Shown: positions 1 through 9,658, counted from the first letter of the stretch. The stretch is 64,000 bases of DNA from a virus (IMGVR_UViG_2619619233_000003:18086-82085), one strand, 5' to 3'. Notes: generated from the sequence alone by a model not told the origin. Translations and numbers: made by a program.

Positions 1-490
1 CGTCGCTGCCGATCCACTCCTGAAGTTCAGGATATTCCCGCGCAACTTCCGCGATGATCTCAAGCAGCTTGCCGCCGATCGCGGCCAACGCGAGGGTCTC
101 GTTAAGATGGTTGATGTCCTCGACCTTGAGCGAAGCGGAACCGGCATTCGCGCCGGCTCCGTCCGCATCGCCCTGGGAGGCATTCGCAATAGTCCCGGAA
201 GCCGATGCTTCCACTTCCGGCATGGGTGTTTCGTTCGCCGCCGTCGCCTGGATGGTTCCGGTATGATCGGCATTCACCTGCGGTTTCACCAGATCGGCCG
301 AAGCGTCTCCGGCAGCATCGCCGCTGCTCGCTGGGGTATTTGTGGAATGGGTCTCGTCAGGTGCTCTCAAACCTGACGGGTCGGATGCCGTCGATGGGGT
401 AACGACGCCATCCTGCTGCACGCCTGTCGCCGTCTCGGCGGAGGCTGCGGTGGAACGGGATTTCTTCGTGGATGTCGTGGACTTCGACAT
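1..490 (-). CDS. Mu gp35-like / HI1506-related head-associated protein (3' truncated by window)
   Basis: ATG at 490 with AAAGGA SD; N-terminus MSKSTTSTKKSRST matches 41098..41997 of prophage B; same position after capsid gene. Confidence 0.8.
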   Translation of the reverse strand, partial: MSKSTTSTKKSRSTAASAETATGVQQDGVVTPSTASDPSGLRAPDETHSTNTPASSGDAAGDASADLVKPQVNADHTGTIQATAANETPMPEVEASASGTIANASQGDADGAGANAGSASLKVEDINHLNETLALAAIGGKLLEIIAEVAREYPELQEWIGSD

Positions 491-540
491 AAGAGCTATC
501 CTTTCGAGGGCTTTGCGAAAGCGGCTGCTGAGCTGTTTTC

Positions 541-567
541 AAAAAGCCCTCCCGTTGAACGGGAGGG
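541..567 (-). terminator. Intrinsic terminator after major capsid gene
   Basis: mRNA CCCTCCCG-loop-CGGGAGGG followed by CTTTTT; conserved at 42048-42075. Confidence 0.7.
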
Positions 568-588
568 AGGCAGGCGGCCTGAGGCAGA

Positions 589-1485
589 TCAGGCCAGCCA
601 GGGAACAACCAGAACTTCGGCGGTGTTGTACCATTCGTTCGTGCCGCCATCGGCGGTCAGCTGGTTGCCGACGATGCGGCGTGCAGCGCCTTCGAGCGCA
701 GGCGGAACGATCAGAAGTTTCGGGGTGATTGCGAGCGGGCGACCATAATCACCTTTCATGCTCGACAGGCCCACACGCGCCGCTTCGTAATGCGCCGCAT
801 CGAGTGTCTGCTTGGAGCCCCACGCGGTCTGCCAGAAACCGAAGCCAACGGCGCAACGACCGTCGAGGCCGTAGCGGAATTCCTTTTTGCTGAAGACCGC
901 CTCGTCATTCTCCTGGTCCATCCGGACGAGGTTGGTGAACGGTTTGCGCTCCTGATAGATCAGCGGCTTCAGGCTGCGGCTGTCATCGATCAGGAACCAC
1001 GGGGTGCCATTGCCGCCGTCAGTGTTCGCTACGTTGATCACCTCGCCCTTCTCATTGAGGACCGGATGCTCCGTGTCGAAGAAGTTCTGGCCATCGTAGC
1101 AGACTGTGGCCCAACCCGATTTCAGCAGTGGCCAGATGAGGGTGTCCGGGAACAACACGCCGGTCTGCCCGAAGTCGCGGAACATCGGAGCGTAGATTCC
1201 GAGGTTATCGTCCTCGATGTCGTCGCGATCGACGCCGATGGTGTTTTCGTACGACTTGTTCGTCAGCGTGTAGCCGTGCTTGGCAAGGCCGTTGACGACA
1301 CGGTCGCCGATCCATTCGCGGAAGCCCGGAAACTGGCCGAGCCAGCCGTACTCGTTTGTTTTGGTCGTGGATGGCACGGTCGTTGCGATGCGGCCGTGGA
1401 GCGTGGCGGTTGCCGCGATGCCTGCCATGAAGGCGGCATTGAAGCCCACATACGCAGAACGAAGATTGACGGAATTAATCTGCAT
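589..1485 (-). CDS. Mu gpT-like major head subunit
   Basis: 298 aa; YGWLGQFPGFREWIGDR, YDGQNFFDTEHP and GFGFWQ motifs typical of Mu-like gpT. Confidence 0.95.
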   Translation of the reverse strand: MQINSVNLRSAYVGFNAAFMAGIAATATLHGRIATTVPSTTKTNEYGWLGQFPGFREWIGDRVVNGLAKHGYTLTNKSYENTIGVDRDDIEDDNLGIYAPMFRDFGQTGVLFPDTLIWPLLKSGWATVCYDGQNFFDTEHPVLNEKGEVINVANTDGGNGTPWFLIDDSRSLKPLIYQERKPFTNLVRMDQENDEAVFSKKEFRYGLDGRCAVGFGFWQTAWGSKQTLDAAHYEAARVGLSSMKGDYGRPLAITPKLLIVPPALEGAARRIVGNQLTADGGTNEWYNTAEVLVVPWLA

Positions 1486-1494
1486 GGATCACCT

Positions 1495-1905
1495 TCAGGA
1501 GAACTTGACCCACACGCCCTGGTCATCGACATCGAAAAGCTTGCCGACGATAGAACGGGTGTTGTTTGCGGAAGTTTTGGCGACGGTCTGATCGTCGACG
1601 CCATAGACGTCGGAACCAATGTCGGCCTGTGTGAGCGCGTCGGCGGCCGCCGAGTTGGCGTAGCGGAAAATGCCGACCCGGAGTTTCACGCGCTGTGCGC
1701 CGGCGCCGCCCCCGGTGTTGTCGACGCGGTTTTCGACACGCCCGGCACCCTTGAGGTTGAGCGCTGTCGAAACGGGCACGATGTTGCCGGCGGCGTTGAA
1801 AGCGCCCATGGCACCCGCGAACAGAACGGCTCCTGCAGCCGCAGGGCCTTCGCGGGTGTCGCCGGACCGCTCCGGCGTGTTGCGATCACCTGTAAGCGCC
1901 GTCAT
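1495..1905 (-). CDS. Head decoration/cement-like protein
   Basis: 136 aa Gly/Ala-rich ORF between protease and capsid; ATGA-coupled; conserved in B. Confidence 0.8.
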   Translation of the reverse strand: MTALTGDRNTPERSGDTREGPAAAGAVLFAGAMGAFNAAGNIVPVSTALNLKGAGRVENRVDNTGGGAGAQRVKLRVGIFRYANSAAADALTQADIGSDVYGVDDQTVAKTSANNTRSIVGKLFDVDDQGVWVKFS

Positions 1906-3056
1906 GCATCACCGCCTTTCCGGGAAGCCAGCATCTGTTCTTTGGTGAGGCCCAGCTGCCGCATGACTGCGATATCGGCATCGCTGAGTTCGTCCGAGAC
2001 GTTGCCCGGTGCATGCGCCGTGGCCGTGCGCTGAGCGGCCGTGAGAACCGGGGCCTTGCCGGTGAACTCTGCGAACTTCACGGGATCAGCCCTGTGCATC
2101 GAGAGGCCCCATTCCTTTAGAGCGGGGACGAGCTTGCCATCCTTGATCGCCTGAGAGACGGCCTCTTCGGCCTTGTCGGACGCAACCGTCGTCTTCAGCT
2201 CGTTGAGGTCGTTCTGCATCGCCTCGACCTGGGCGATCGGAACAAACTTCGTCGGATCAGGGGTCGCGGTTGCGGTGTGGGCAGCAGAAAGAACGCTGAC
2301 GATGTCGTCGACGCTGGCATTTTCGGCCTTGCCGGCAGCGATCGCGATCTTCTTGCGATCGGCGAAGGCGGACTGGACGGCCGTGGCGATCGCCTCGGAT
2401 TTGGCATCCTTTGTAAGACCGGCCGCAACGGCTATCGCCGTCGAGCTGGTCAGCAGCGAATTGATGGCGACAAGCACATCATCTTCGCTGCCGCCCTCGG
2501 CCAGGCCGAGAGCAGCGAGCAAACGTTTCATGGAAACCTCTGTTGTGGTTTGGGCTGCGGAAAAAATGGAGTGCGCCGAGACCTCGAACAGATCGAGGTT
2601 CGGAACATTGGTGAGAGCGACCGTTTGCAAGGCAAGAACTTCGCCCGCCTTGGTGTGGAAATAGACCGGGGAAATGTAGCGGTACTCTTTCGCTTTGATC
2701 GCAGCGGCGGCATTGGCGGTCCACTCGACACGACCATAAAGGCCGTCCGGGCGCGCTTCGACTTCCTTGATCCAGCCGGCCGCAGGAGCGGGCTTGCCAT
2801 TTTCGAGCGCGTTACGGCTCTGGTGCTCGTAGTCGATCAGGATGTCTGTCTTACCGGCATAGCGGCGGGTCGTATCAGCGATGCGCTGGAGCGACGCAAG
2901 ATCGCCGGCCTGATACGGGCCGCGACCGTCACGGCCGGAAAAGGTGCCGGCCGGAATGAGGAGCAGCCACGTCTCGTCTGCGGCGGAAGCCGTCAACTCG
3001 GCGGAATGCGCCGTGAGCAGAGCGGAAGCAAGGATGGTTGCGAGAGCGTTTTTCAT
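1902..3056 (-). CDS. Mu gpI-like prohead protease/scaffold
   Basis: IDYEHQ, PAAGWI, EYRYISPVY, ALTNVPNL motifs. Confidence 0.95.
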   Translation of the reverse strand: MKNALATILASALLTAHSAELTASAADETWLLLIPAGTFSGRDGRGPYQAGDLASLQRIADTTRRYAGKTDILIDYEHQSRNALENGKPAPAAGWIKEVEARPDGLYGRVEWTANAAAAIKAKEYRYISPVYFHTKAGEVLALQTVALTNVPNLDLFEVSAHSIFSAAQTTTEVSMKRLLAALGLAEGGSEDDVLVAINSLLTSSTAIAVAAGLTKDAKSEAIATAVQSAFADRKKIAIAAGKAENASVDDIVSVLSAAHTATATPDPTKFVPIAQVEAMQNDLNELKTTVASDKAEEAVSQAIKDGKLVPALKEWGLSMHRADPVKFAEFTGKAPVLTAAQRTATAHAPGNVSDELSDADIAVMRQLGLTKEQMLASRKGGDA

Positions 3057-3110
3057 GCTCCCATCTAAGGGAGCGTCATCAGTTCTGTCGGCGGGCCGTT
3101 TTCAGCCCAC
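3057..3110 (-). promoter_or_regulatory. Late promoter of head operon with Mor/C-type dyad
   Basis: -10-like TTAGAT (3063-3068) and dyad GCGGGCC-GTTTTC-AGCCCAC (3091-3110), repeated upstream of the endolysin. Confidence 0.65.
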
Positions 3111-3128
3111 CGGCCGATATCGTCGCTT

Positions 3129-3240
3129 CATCATGGATAACGCGGCAGATCGAACCGGGCAAGGGACACTAGGTCCCAAAGTTGAGGCCGATTAAAAGCC
3201 CGTAGAAGCGTTTTTGCCGTCCAGATGATGGATGGCGCGG
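3129..3240. other. Conserved non-coding block, candidate strong gyrase site
   Basis: Largely identical to 44632-44743; lies upstream of gpI as does the Mu SGS. Confidence 0.4.
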
Positions 3241-3286
3241 TTCGGCTCCTGCAAACGCTCTCTGTGGCCTTCTGTTCCTTCCGAAA

Positions 3287-4087
3287 CTACGGCGGTGTTT
3301 GAGGCGAGCCCAACCCATTTGCCATCTTTTGCGCGAGCAGTTTGGCAACGCCTGCTTCGTAGCCGGCCTTGCCCGGATTATACGCCCAGCCCGGATCAAT
3401 GCCATCGGGAACACGGGTGACTTCGCCGGTGCGCTTGTTGACGAAATTGCGCCAGGTGTTTTCCGGTGGCTCGAAGATCAGCCTTTCACCCTGGGCAAGC
3501 AAGCGGTCTATGTCACGCTGCGAAAGGCTCTGCAGCGTGCAACGGCATCCCCAGCCGCAAGGCGGTGCCCATTCGTTCCAATAGGGATGGTCGATCGGCA
3601 AAACGAGATTGTGCCGGCGCGCGTGTTCTGGACGGACATGATCGTCGCGCATCGTGACATAACGGAGGAACGGGCGGCTGCGACGGTTTCGCTCGAAGCT
3701 CGTCCAGTGACCGGCTGCGTAGGAGACCCGCATGTTTGTGTCGAAGATCGTGCGCAGCCGTCGAGCGCTTCCCAGCTGCGCCGGCACGGTCTCCCCGGTC
3801 ACGGGATCAGCGATGAATTTTTTGCCCCACCAGCCCTTGGCTTCAAGGATCGGCCGCAACTGCCGCGATGCCTGCTCGATGGTTTGTCCTTCATTCAAGA
3901 GGCGCTCAATGGCGGCTAGAATGTCGTTAAGGATATCGAAGCCTGCCGATTTCGCGACCGTAAAGCTAGCGGCATGCTCGGCCTGCCACATGTCGAGATA
4001 GGAAAACGTCTCGACCGGCGAACCAGCGCGGGCGGCAAATGCGGCGATGGCATCGCGGGGCGGCAGGGGCTGAAGGATGGCGGCCAC
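3287..4087 (-). CDS. Mu gpF (gp30) head morphogenesis protein
   Basis: SFTVAK, RLRTIFDTN, VRPEH, PPCGWGCRC, GIDPGWAYNPG motifs. Confidence 0.95.
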   Translation of the reverse strand: MAAILQPLPPRDAIAAFAARAGSPVETFSYLDMWQAEHAASFTVAKSAGFDILNDILAAIERLLNEGQTIEQASRQLRPILEAKGWWGKKFIADPVTGETVPAQLGSARRLRTIFDTNMRVSYAAGHWTSFERNRRSRPFLRYVTMRDDHVRPEHARRHNLVLPIDHPYWNEWAPPCGWGCRCTLQSLSQRDIDRLLAQGERLIFEPPENTWRNFVNKRTGEVTRVPDGIDPGWAYNPGKAGYEAGVAKLLAQKMANGLGSPQTPP

Positions 4088-4090
4088 GCG

Positions 4091-5674
4091 TCAAACCTCG
4101 TCTGACAGGGTTTCGTTGCCGAGCCCTGCCAGACGCGCAGAGAAAGCGGCACGGGCGAGGATTTCCGTCAGGGCGTTCACGTCCATGGACACGAGACGCT
4201 CCTGAAGAACGGCGCGGATCTCGTCCAGGTCCTTGGCTTTGGCGATCTGCGCTTCAAGCCCCTCGACGACAGGAGCCACCATCGGCTCCCAGCCATCGTC
4301 GGACAGGATTTGCACGATGCTGGTGTCGATCGCATCGGCCGCCGCCATGTCTGCTACACGGTGCATGGAAATCTGCGGCTTGGGCGCGGGCAATTTCTCG
4401 GGCTTTGTCGGCGGATCGGTCTCTTCAGCGCTCGCCCGGTTCGCTGGCCGGAGCAGCTCCTCGTCGTTATCCGGGTCCTCGATGCCGAGCTTGTCGCGCA
4501 CTTTCGACATGCCCACCTTGCCGCCGAGATTCACGAAACTCGTGACATTTTTCATGTAGCTTTCAAGGTCGACTTCCTGCGGCCTGCCAATGCGAATGAC
4601 CGGGTAGGCTTTCTGTGGCCCTTTGTTGAGCGCGATATAAGGCACCACGAAATCGCGGTTGAGGGTGGCCCGAAGCTGTTTGGCGTCAGAACGCTCGATG
4701 TCATCCTTGACGCCGTTATGAACCTTGCCGACAGCATAGCCGCCGGCGATCGCGTCGGTGGTGCCAGTTTGGCCAAGAACCACCTTCGATACCTGACGGT
4801 CAAGGAAGTCACAGCGCTTCTCGTAAAGCTCGTGCGATCCAGAAATATCGGCCTTGATGAACTCGACCGACATCGAGGCGGGAACGATGGCCGAATAGTC
4901 GACGCCGATGTTTGCAACCGCCTGAAGCAGGACGTCCTTGTCCGCCTCGCTTGCGCCTTCGCCCCACTTCCCGAGACGCAGCGGCTGGCCATAGGCCTCG
5001 CAGAAGATCGCCCAGTCTTTCATGGTGAAGGACTTGAACAGGAACGCCCAGCAGACCGCACGTGCAAGGCCGCCACGGATCGGCAGGCCGGATTTCGCTT
5101 TGGCCTGGTGAATGATCCACTTGTATGGCGCGAGTGCCACGTCACCGCCAACGTCTCGCAACAGCAAGGTTTCGCCGTCTGTGTCATCAAATCGGAACCA
5201 GCGCGGATCGCGCCACTTCAAGGCGACGGGGTTCCACTGGCTCTCGGATGTTTCCCAGATGATTTCCGTCGCGGAGAAGCCCTTGCCGATTGCATCGAGC
5301 ATATCGACAAGCTCACTTTCGAAGGCATCCCGTTCGACGAACGCCCGCACCATGTCTGCGTTTTCAACATCGTTCGGCGCATCGCTCGCCGCCTCGACAG
5401 TGATCTCCAGTCCGGCAACCTGCAGCTTGCGGGTCGACAGGACGCCGGCGTAATGCAGATCACGCTCCTCCATATCCTCGGCAAGCTCAAGATAAGCCTG
5501 AGGGTCGCCCTGCAAAGATGTGCGCAGCATACGGGCAAGCTTTCCCGGTGTCAGACCGGTTGCCTGATGTTCGGTGTTTGGCCGGCGCACGCCCATCATG
5601 GTTGGGGCGGCCTGTTCTTTCTTCAGGGCGGCTGACGCGATGGGATTGCCCCACTGGTCGATGAGCTTGGCCAT
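4091..5674 (-). CDS. Portal protein (Mu gp29 / DUF935)
   Basis: DMEERDLH, DAIGKGFS, FCEAYGQP, SKVVLGQT; start MAKLIDQWG overlaps terL stop. Confidence 0.95.
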   Translation of the reverse strand: MAKLIDQWGNPIASAALKKEQAAPTMMGVRRPNTEHQATGLTPGKLARMLRTSLQGDPQAYLELAEDMEERDLHYAGVLSTRKLQVAGLEITVEAASDAPNDVENADMVRAFVERDAFESELVDMLDAIGKGFSATEIIWETSESQWNPVALKWRDPRWFRFDDTDGETLLLRDVGGDVALAPYKWIIHQAKAKSGLPIRGGLARAVCWAFLFKSFTMKDWAIFCEAYGQPLRLGKWGEGASEADKDVLLQAVANIGVDYSAIVPASMSVEFIKADISGSHELYEKRCDFLDRQVSKVVLGQTGTTDAIAGGYAVGKVHNGVKDDIERSDAKQLRATLNRDFVVPYIALNKGPQKAYPVIRIGRPQEVDLESYMKNVTSFVNLGGKVGMSKVRDKLGIEDPDNDEELLRPANRASAEETDPPTKPEKLPAPKPQISMHRVADMAAADAIDTSIVQILSDDGWEPMVAPVVEGLEAQIAKAKDLDEIRAVLQERLVSMDVNALTEILARAAFSARLAGLGNETLSDEV

Positions 5675-7311
5675 CAATGTAATCCTCTCGATCGGCGCAT
5701 GGATGACAGGCGGTAAGGCGCACCACCGTCCCGATCGGCGTTGGGAGTGTCGAATTTCGTTGGTGCTCTCGGCACGGGCAGATAGCCATATTCGTGCCAC
5801 TGCATGCGGCTGGCGAAGTAAGCCAGGGCCAGGGCGATAGTGTAGTCACCGTGCCGCTTCTTCCCTGTCTCGCCAACACGCACCGGCGGGACCATCGGAA
5901 TGCCCCTGATCACTTTGACCAGGCGAAGGTCGGCAAGGTGGTTGTCGTTCTTCGATATGGCGATCGAATTGTCTTCAAACGCCGTCTTCAAAGGCGGCAT
6001 GTTGATGCGGTACCAGTCCTGAGAAAACTTGATGGGCCAGACAAGGCCGCTGCCCTCTGTGGTCTCACGTAGCCCGAAGATGCGGCCCATATCTTCAGCT
6101 ACCGTCCAGCCCATGCCGGTGGCATCGAAGGCGGCCCCGATCAGGCGGGGTGCGGCCTGAAGGATCATCTTGACGATCTGCTTTTGCTCGTCACCCGGAA
6201 CGCCACGCATCTCAACCGTCAATGCGGTTTCACGCCGGAGGTTCTTTGTCAGCGCAAGCAAGGTTGCGACGGAAAGGTCCGCCACGCGCGCAAAGTCGAA
6301 ACCGAAGGCGTAGAGCAGTTCGGGGTTTAGCGATTTCAGTGCCTCGGCGAGCTCCGTCAGGAACGGGCTGACGAGTATTTCCTGTTCAAGCTTCGGGCGC
6401 TGGAGGAAATCGAGCGGTAGCTCAAGCGACAGGACCGGCGCGTCTGATGTCATCCGAGCTTCGATGAGAGGTGCCGCCAGCCACGTACCGCTGCCCATGG
6501 TCGGGATGCAGAACAGTTCCTCGTCAGCGCCATCGCCATAGAACTTGATGATGTCTTCGCGCCAATCGGCCTCGGCTTCAGGCGTCCATTCCTTGCCGGT
6601 AACGAGGCAGATACGCTGATAGAGGCCGGCCAGCAGAGCGTCATCAAAATCGATGCGCATATGCTTGTAGGCTGATCGCCCGTTCAAAATGTCCTGTATC
6701 TGGACGTTGAATTCGTTCTCGACACCATTGTGTGTGGAACAGACGACAACCTGCCCACCCCACATAAGGAATGCCAGGGCAGCTTTAAGAAGCTCTTTCA
6801 GGCTGTCCACGAAGGCCGCTTCGTCGATCATGACGACGCCTTGTTTACCGCGCAGCGAGCGAGGGGCCGAGGACAGGCCGATGACTTCGAACCCCGAGGC
6901 GAACTTGATGCGGAAGGCCTGTATCGAACGTTCGCCCTCCTTGTCGCTGTCATCGAAAAGGAACTCTTCCATTTCCAATGCGGCCTGATTGTAGGCACGC
7001 GACCACATGGCGCAGGCGTCAATAAACTCTCGCGTCATTTCCTGCGAATAGGAGATGTACATCACGTCCATGCCGCCGGCTTCGCGCGAACGCGCTGCGC
7101 GCAGAACCGCATAGGACGCAAAACCCCATGTCAGGCCGATACGCCGGGATTTCTCAATGAAGAGGACGCGGCAGGCGGCACTTTCGAGCAACGCGATGGT
7201 GTTGGCTTGATAAGACAAAAGCGCCCGGCGGGCTTCGATCTTGTCCAGGACGGCGTCTGTTGAAAGCCTGCGAGCTTCCGCCCACTGTTCCTTGGAAATG
7301 GGACCGGTCAT
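5674..7311 (-). CDS. Terminase large subunit (Mu gp28 type)
   Basis: EKSRRIGLTW Walker A-like, IDEAAF Walker B, STHNG, GFDFAR, HGD nuclease motifs. Confidence 0.93.
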   Translation of the reverse strand: MTGPISKEQWAEARRLSTDAVLDKIEARRALLSYQANTIALLESAACRVLFIEKSRRIGLTWGFASYAVLRAARSREAGGMDVMYISYSQEMTREFIDACAMWSRAYNQAALEMEEFLFDDSDKEGERSIQAFRIKFASGFEVIGLSSAPRSLRGKQGVVMIDEAAFVDSLKELLKAALAFLMWGGQVVVCSTHNGVENEFNVQIQDILNGRSAYKHMRIDFDDALLAGLYQRICLVTGKEWTPEAEADWREDIIKFYGDGADEELFCIPTMGSGTWLAAPLIEARMTSDAPVLSLELPLDFLQRPKLEQEILVSPFLTELAEALKSLNPELLYAFGFDFARVADLSVATLLALTKNLRRETALTVEMRGVPGDEQKQIVKMILQAAPRLIGAAFDATGMGWTVAEDMGRIFGLRETTEGSGLVWPIKFSQDWYRINMPPLKTAFEDNSIAISKNDNHLADLRLVKVIRGIPMVPPVRVGETGKKRHGDYTIALALAYFASRMQWHEYGYLPVPRAPTKFDTPNADRDGGAPYRLSSMRRSRGLH

Positions 7312-7895
7312 TTAGAGACACCCAAAATCTGGTCAAGGATTTGATCGGCACTCTCAGCTGATATGCCTCTTGCCTTGGCGACGGATTTAACGGCCTCGGT
7401 CGCTTTGGCAGCGAACTCCGCTTCGACCTTCTGGCGGCGGTTGGTAGACACGCCTTGGGCCCGTGACGCAGAAAACAGGGCATCCGCGAGAGCCTTCGCG
7501 CCCTTAGGATCGAAACCGGCCTCGCCGCCATTGGTCACCAGTTCGAACACCAGCGTCTTGATGGCTTCGGAAGCGATCAAGGTGAGGTCATCGGAAGCGG
7601 CCGCGTCGAACTTGCTGGCAAGGGTCGATGCAATCTCCCGCGTCTGGTTAAGCCGCTGCGTCAAAGTAGCGAGGCGGATCGAATAGCGGTTGAACGCGGA
7701 GAACGATGGAATGGAAAATTCCAGCTCCCCACGGTGCTCTTGGTGAAGCAGCTCCAGCTTGCCGACAAACTCCTGATAGATGTCGGTTTGCGTGCGCTCT
7801 CTGTTTTGTAGCTCGGACGCTGCCCAGGCAACCGCATCCGCGCAAGCCTCTGGCAGCAACTCAATACCGGAAAGGCGGCCGCGTCCCATGGTCAC
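7308..7895 (-). CDS. Mu gp27-like (DUF3486) small terminase candidate
   Basis: GRGRLSGIELLP N-terminus, SAFNRY motif, position upstream of terL. Confidence 0.85.
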   Translation of the reverse strand: MTMGRGRLSGIELLPEACADAVAWAASELQNRERTQTDIYQEFVGKLELLHQEHRGELEFSIPSFSAFNRYSIRLATLTQRLNQTREIASTLASKFDAAASDDLTLIASEAIKTLVFELVTNGGEAGFDPKGAKALADALFSASRAQGVSTNRRQKVEAEFAAKATEAVKSVAKARGISAESADQILDQILGVSK

Positions 7896-8191
7896 ACCGC
7901 CGGCGACGGGCGCTTGACCCCTTCGAGTATGCCACGGCGCTCGACGTGATCGATGCCGAGCCGGGTGATTTCAGCGATGAGAACCGTTCCGGCCTCCGTG
8001 TTTCGAACCGCGCCGATGTCGGCCAGATAGCGAAGCTGCTGCCGTATCCATTCCCGCGAGCGGCGGTGAGCAAAAGTTTCAAGAACCGTTGAAAGGATGC
8101 TCTCGTTAAGGCGGCCGTCAGGCTGATCGTTCAACGCCCTCAGAATGACGAGGCGAGCGTCCACGGTGAGATGTTGATTATAGTCGCTCAT
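7892..8191 (-). CDS. Mu gp26-like protein
   Basis: DARLVILRAL ... GVKRPSP motifs; synteny. Confidence 0.85.
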   Translation of the reverse strand: MSDYNQHLTVDARLVILRALNDQPDGRLNESILSTVLETFAHRRSREWIRQQLRYLADIGAVRNTEAGTVLIAEITRLGIDHVERRGILEGVKRPSPAV

Positions 8192-8553
8192 GCTGCCGCG
8201 TTACCTTTCAGTAAAAAGTCCTCGACGCGATTGACGGTCCGCGCCACACCGATCTGGCTTTCTTCCATGCGACCGATTTTGCCGCTCAGCTCCGATATCG
8301 ACAGGCGCATTTCCATGACGGCTTTCGCGTCAGGCAGATGCTTCATGTCGCTCTCAAGGGCCTGCGTTCGCTGGGCGATCGCGGTGATTGCCGCCATCAT
8401 CGTCTTCTTTTCTTCAGCGTCTTGACGTCGAAACTCGGCCAGATCGTTAGCGGTCTTCTTGGCGCCGGACGTAAGCCACAGCCAGATAGTCGCGCCGACG
8501 GAAATCACGAGCGACACCAAGCCAAGCCAAGACCTCAGATTTTCCATGTCCAT
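8188..8553 (-). CDS. Mu gp25-like (DUF2730) membrane-anchored coiled-coil protein
   Basis: N-terminal TM helix, MKHLP motif; synteny. Confidence 0.8.
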   Translation of the reverse strand: MDMENLRSWLGLVSLVISVGATIWLWLTSGAKKTANDLAEFRRQDAEEKKTMMAAITAIAQRTQALESDMKHLPDAKAVMEMRLSISELSGKIGRMEESQIGVARTVNRVEDFLLKGNAAA

Positions 8554-8780
8554 CACCGGTACCTTTGTTTCTGTTCGTGTCGGGTCTGGCACCGGATGCA
8601 CCGGGTGGCGGACGGGAGAGCGAGACGGCGCTCGCGGGGAATGTCGTTTGAGCAGTCCTCGCACTCGACAGTTCCGACACCCCGCAACATTCTTGCTGCG
8701 GCCGCGATGCCGGTTTGACGTTCTTGTTCGGTTCGATCAGCCGCCAGATCGAAGACGGAATTGCTTCCGAAGTTCATCAC
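8553..8780 (-). CDS. TraR/DksA C4-type zinc finger protein
   Basis: CEDC-x3-IPRERRLALP-x4-CIRCQ. Confidence 0.9.
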   Translation of the reverse strand: MMNFGSNSVFDLAADRTEQERQTGIAAAARMLRGVGTVECEDCSNDIPRERRLALPSATRCIRCQTRHEQKQRYR

Positions 8781-9067
8781 TTTGCCTCCGGTGCGTTGTC
8801 GATCGCCGCGACGGCCGCAGCGCGGCGTGCATCGCAGGACATGATTTCAGTGCGATCGGCTCCCCATCGCGTGGTGACTTCTCGCTCTGTCATGTCGCGG
8901 TCCGGCAGATCGCCAGCAACGCAAGGAACCCGCGAGGCGGGCGGCACGGTAGCTTTGACCGTTTTGAAGATCATCGGCGGCGCCGGCTTCGGGTCATCGG
9001 GGGAGCAGGCGGACGCGATCGCGGCCAAGGCCACAAGCATCGCCATTCGGCAAGGCCGCATTCTCAT
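8777..9067 (-). CDS. Rz1-like outer-membrane spanin lipoprotein
   Basis: Lipobox IASAC, Pro-rich, overlaps 3' end of Rz-like gene. Confidence 0.8.
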   Translation of the reverse strand: MRMRPCRMAMLVALAAIASACSPDDPKPAPPMIFKTVKATVPPASRVPCVAGDLPDRDMTEREVTTRWGADRTEIMSCDARRAAAVAAIDNAPEAK

Positions 9068-9359
9068 TCTCCAGTTTCTCTTTGTTGACGTTCAAGGCGG
9101 CAATCCGAATGGACGCATCTCTTTCGAGCTCGATGGCGTAACGGGCCTGTGCCGCCTCAGCCCTGGCGGCCTTGGCGTTGGCGGCCTCAATCTCGCCTTT
9201 CCAGTGGGCATCGCGCTCCGATGATTTCAGGTTGACCGCACGTTGCACCATCCCGTTGACGGTGGCGATCGAGAGCCAGCCGAGAAAGGCAGCGGCGGCA
9301 AGCAATGCCGCCACAACGATCAGGGGCGTGACTGCCTTCGAAACCCACGCCCCGATCAT
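8994..9359 (-). CDS. Rz-like inner-membrane spanin
   Basis: N-terminal TM plus coiled coil with C-terminal Cys; lysis cassette. Confidence 0.8.
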   Translation of the reverse strand: MIGAWVSKAVTPLIVVAALLAAAAFLGWLSIATVNGMVQRAVNLKSSERDAHWKGEIEAANAKAARAEAAQARYAIELERDASIRIAALNVNKEKLENENAALPNGDACGLGRDRVRLLPR

Positions 9360-9652
9360 CGGGAAGTCTCCGGGAACTCTGCCGGCACGTCGCGGGGATT
9401 GTAGGGGGGCGACGAAGGCAAAACGGAATCGGCACGCTGCGCGTTGGCAAAGTCCATTGCACCCGCGAAACGGTGGATGCCGAGCATCGCAGCGATCAAC
9501 AGGATCATCGACGGGATGACGATATTGGCGAGCGCCACGGCGTTTTCGCTGCCGTCAAGGCCGGACCATACGATACCGGCAATGATCGACCAGGCGAACC
9601 AGAACGAAACCCACAGCTGGGCTTTCGAGGTGCGATAGGATGGCTTCTTCAT
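9356..9652 (-). CDS. Putative holin
   Basis: 98 aa, two TM helices, next to endolysin. Confidence 0.7.
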   Translation of the reverse strand: MKKPSYRTSKAQLWVSFWFAWSIIAGIVWSGLDGSENAVALANIVIPSMILLIAAMLGIHRFAGAMDFANAQRADSVLPSSPPYNPRDVPAEFPETSR

Positions 9653-9658
9653 CGCTGC

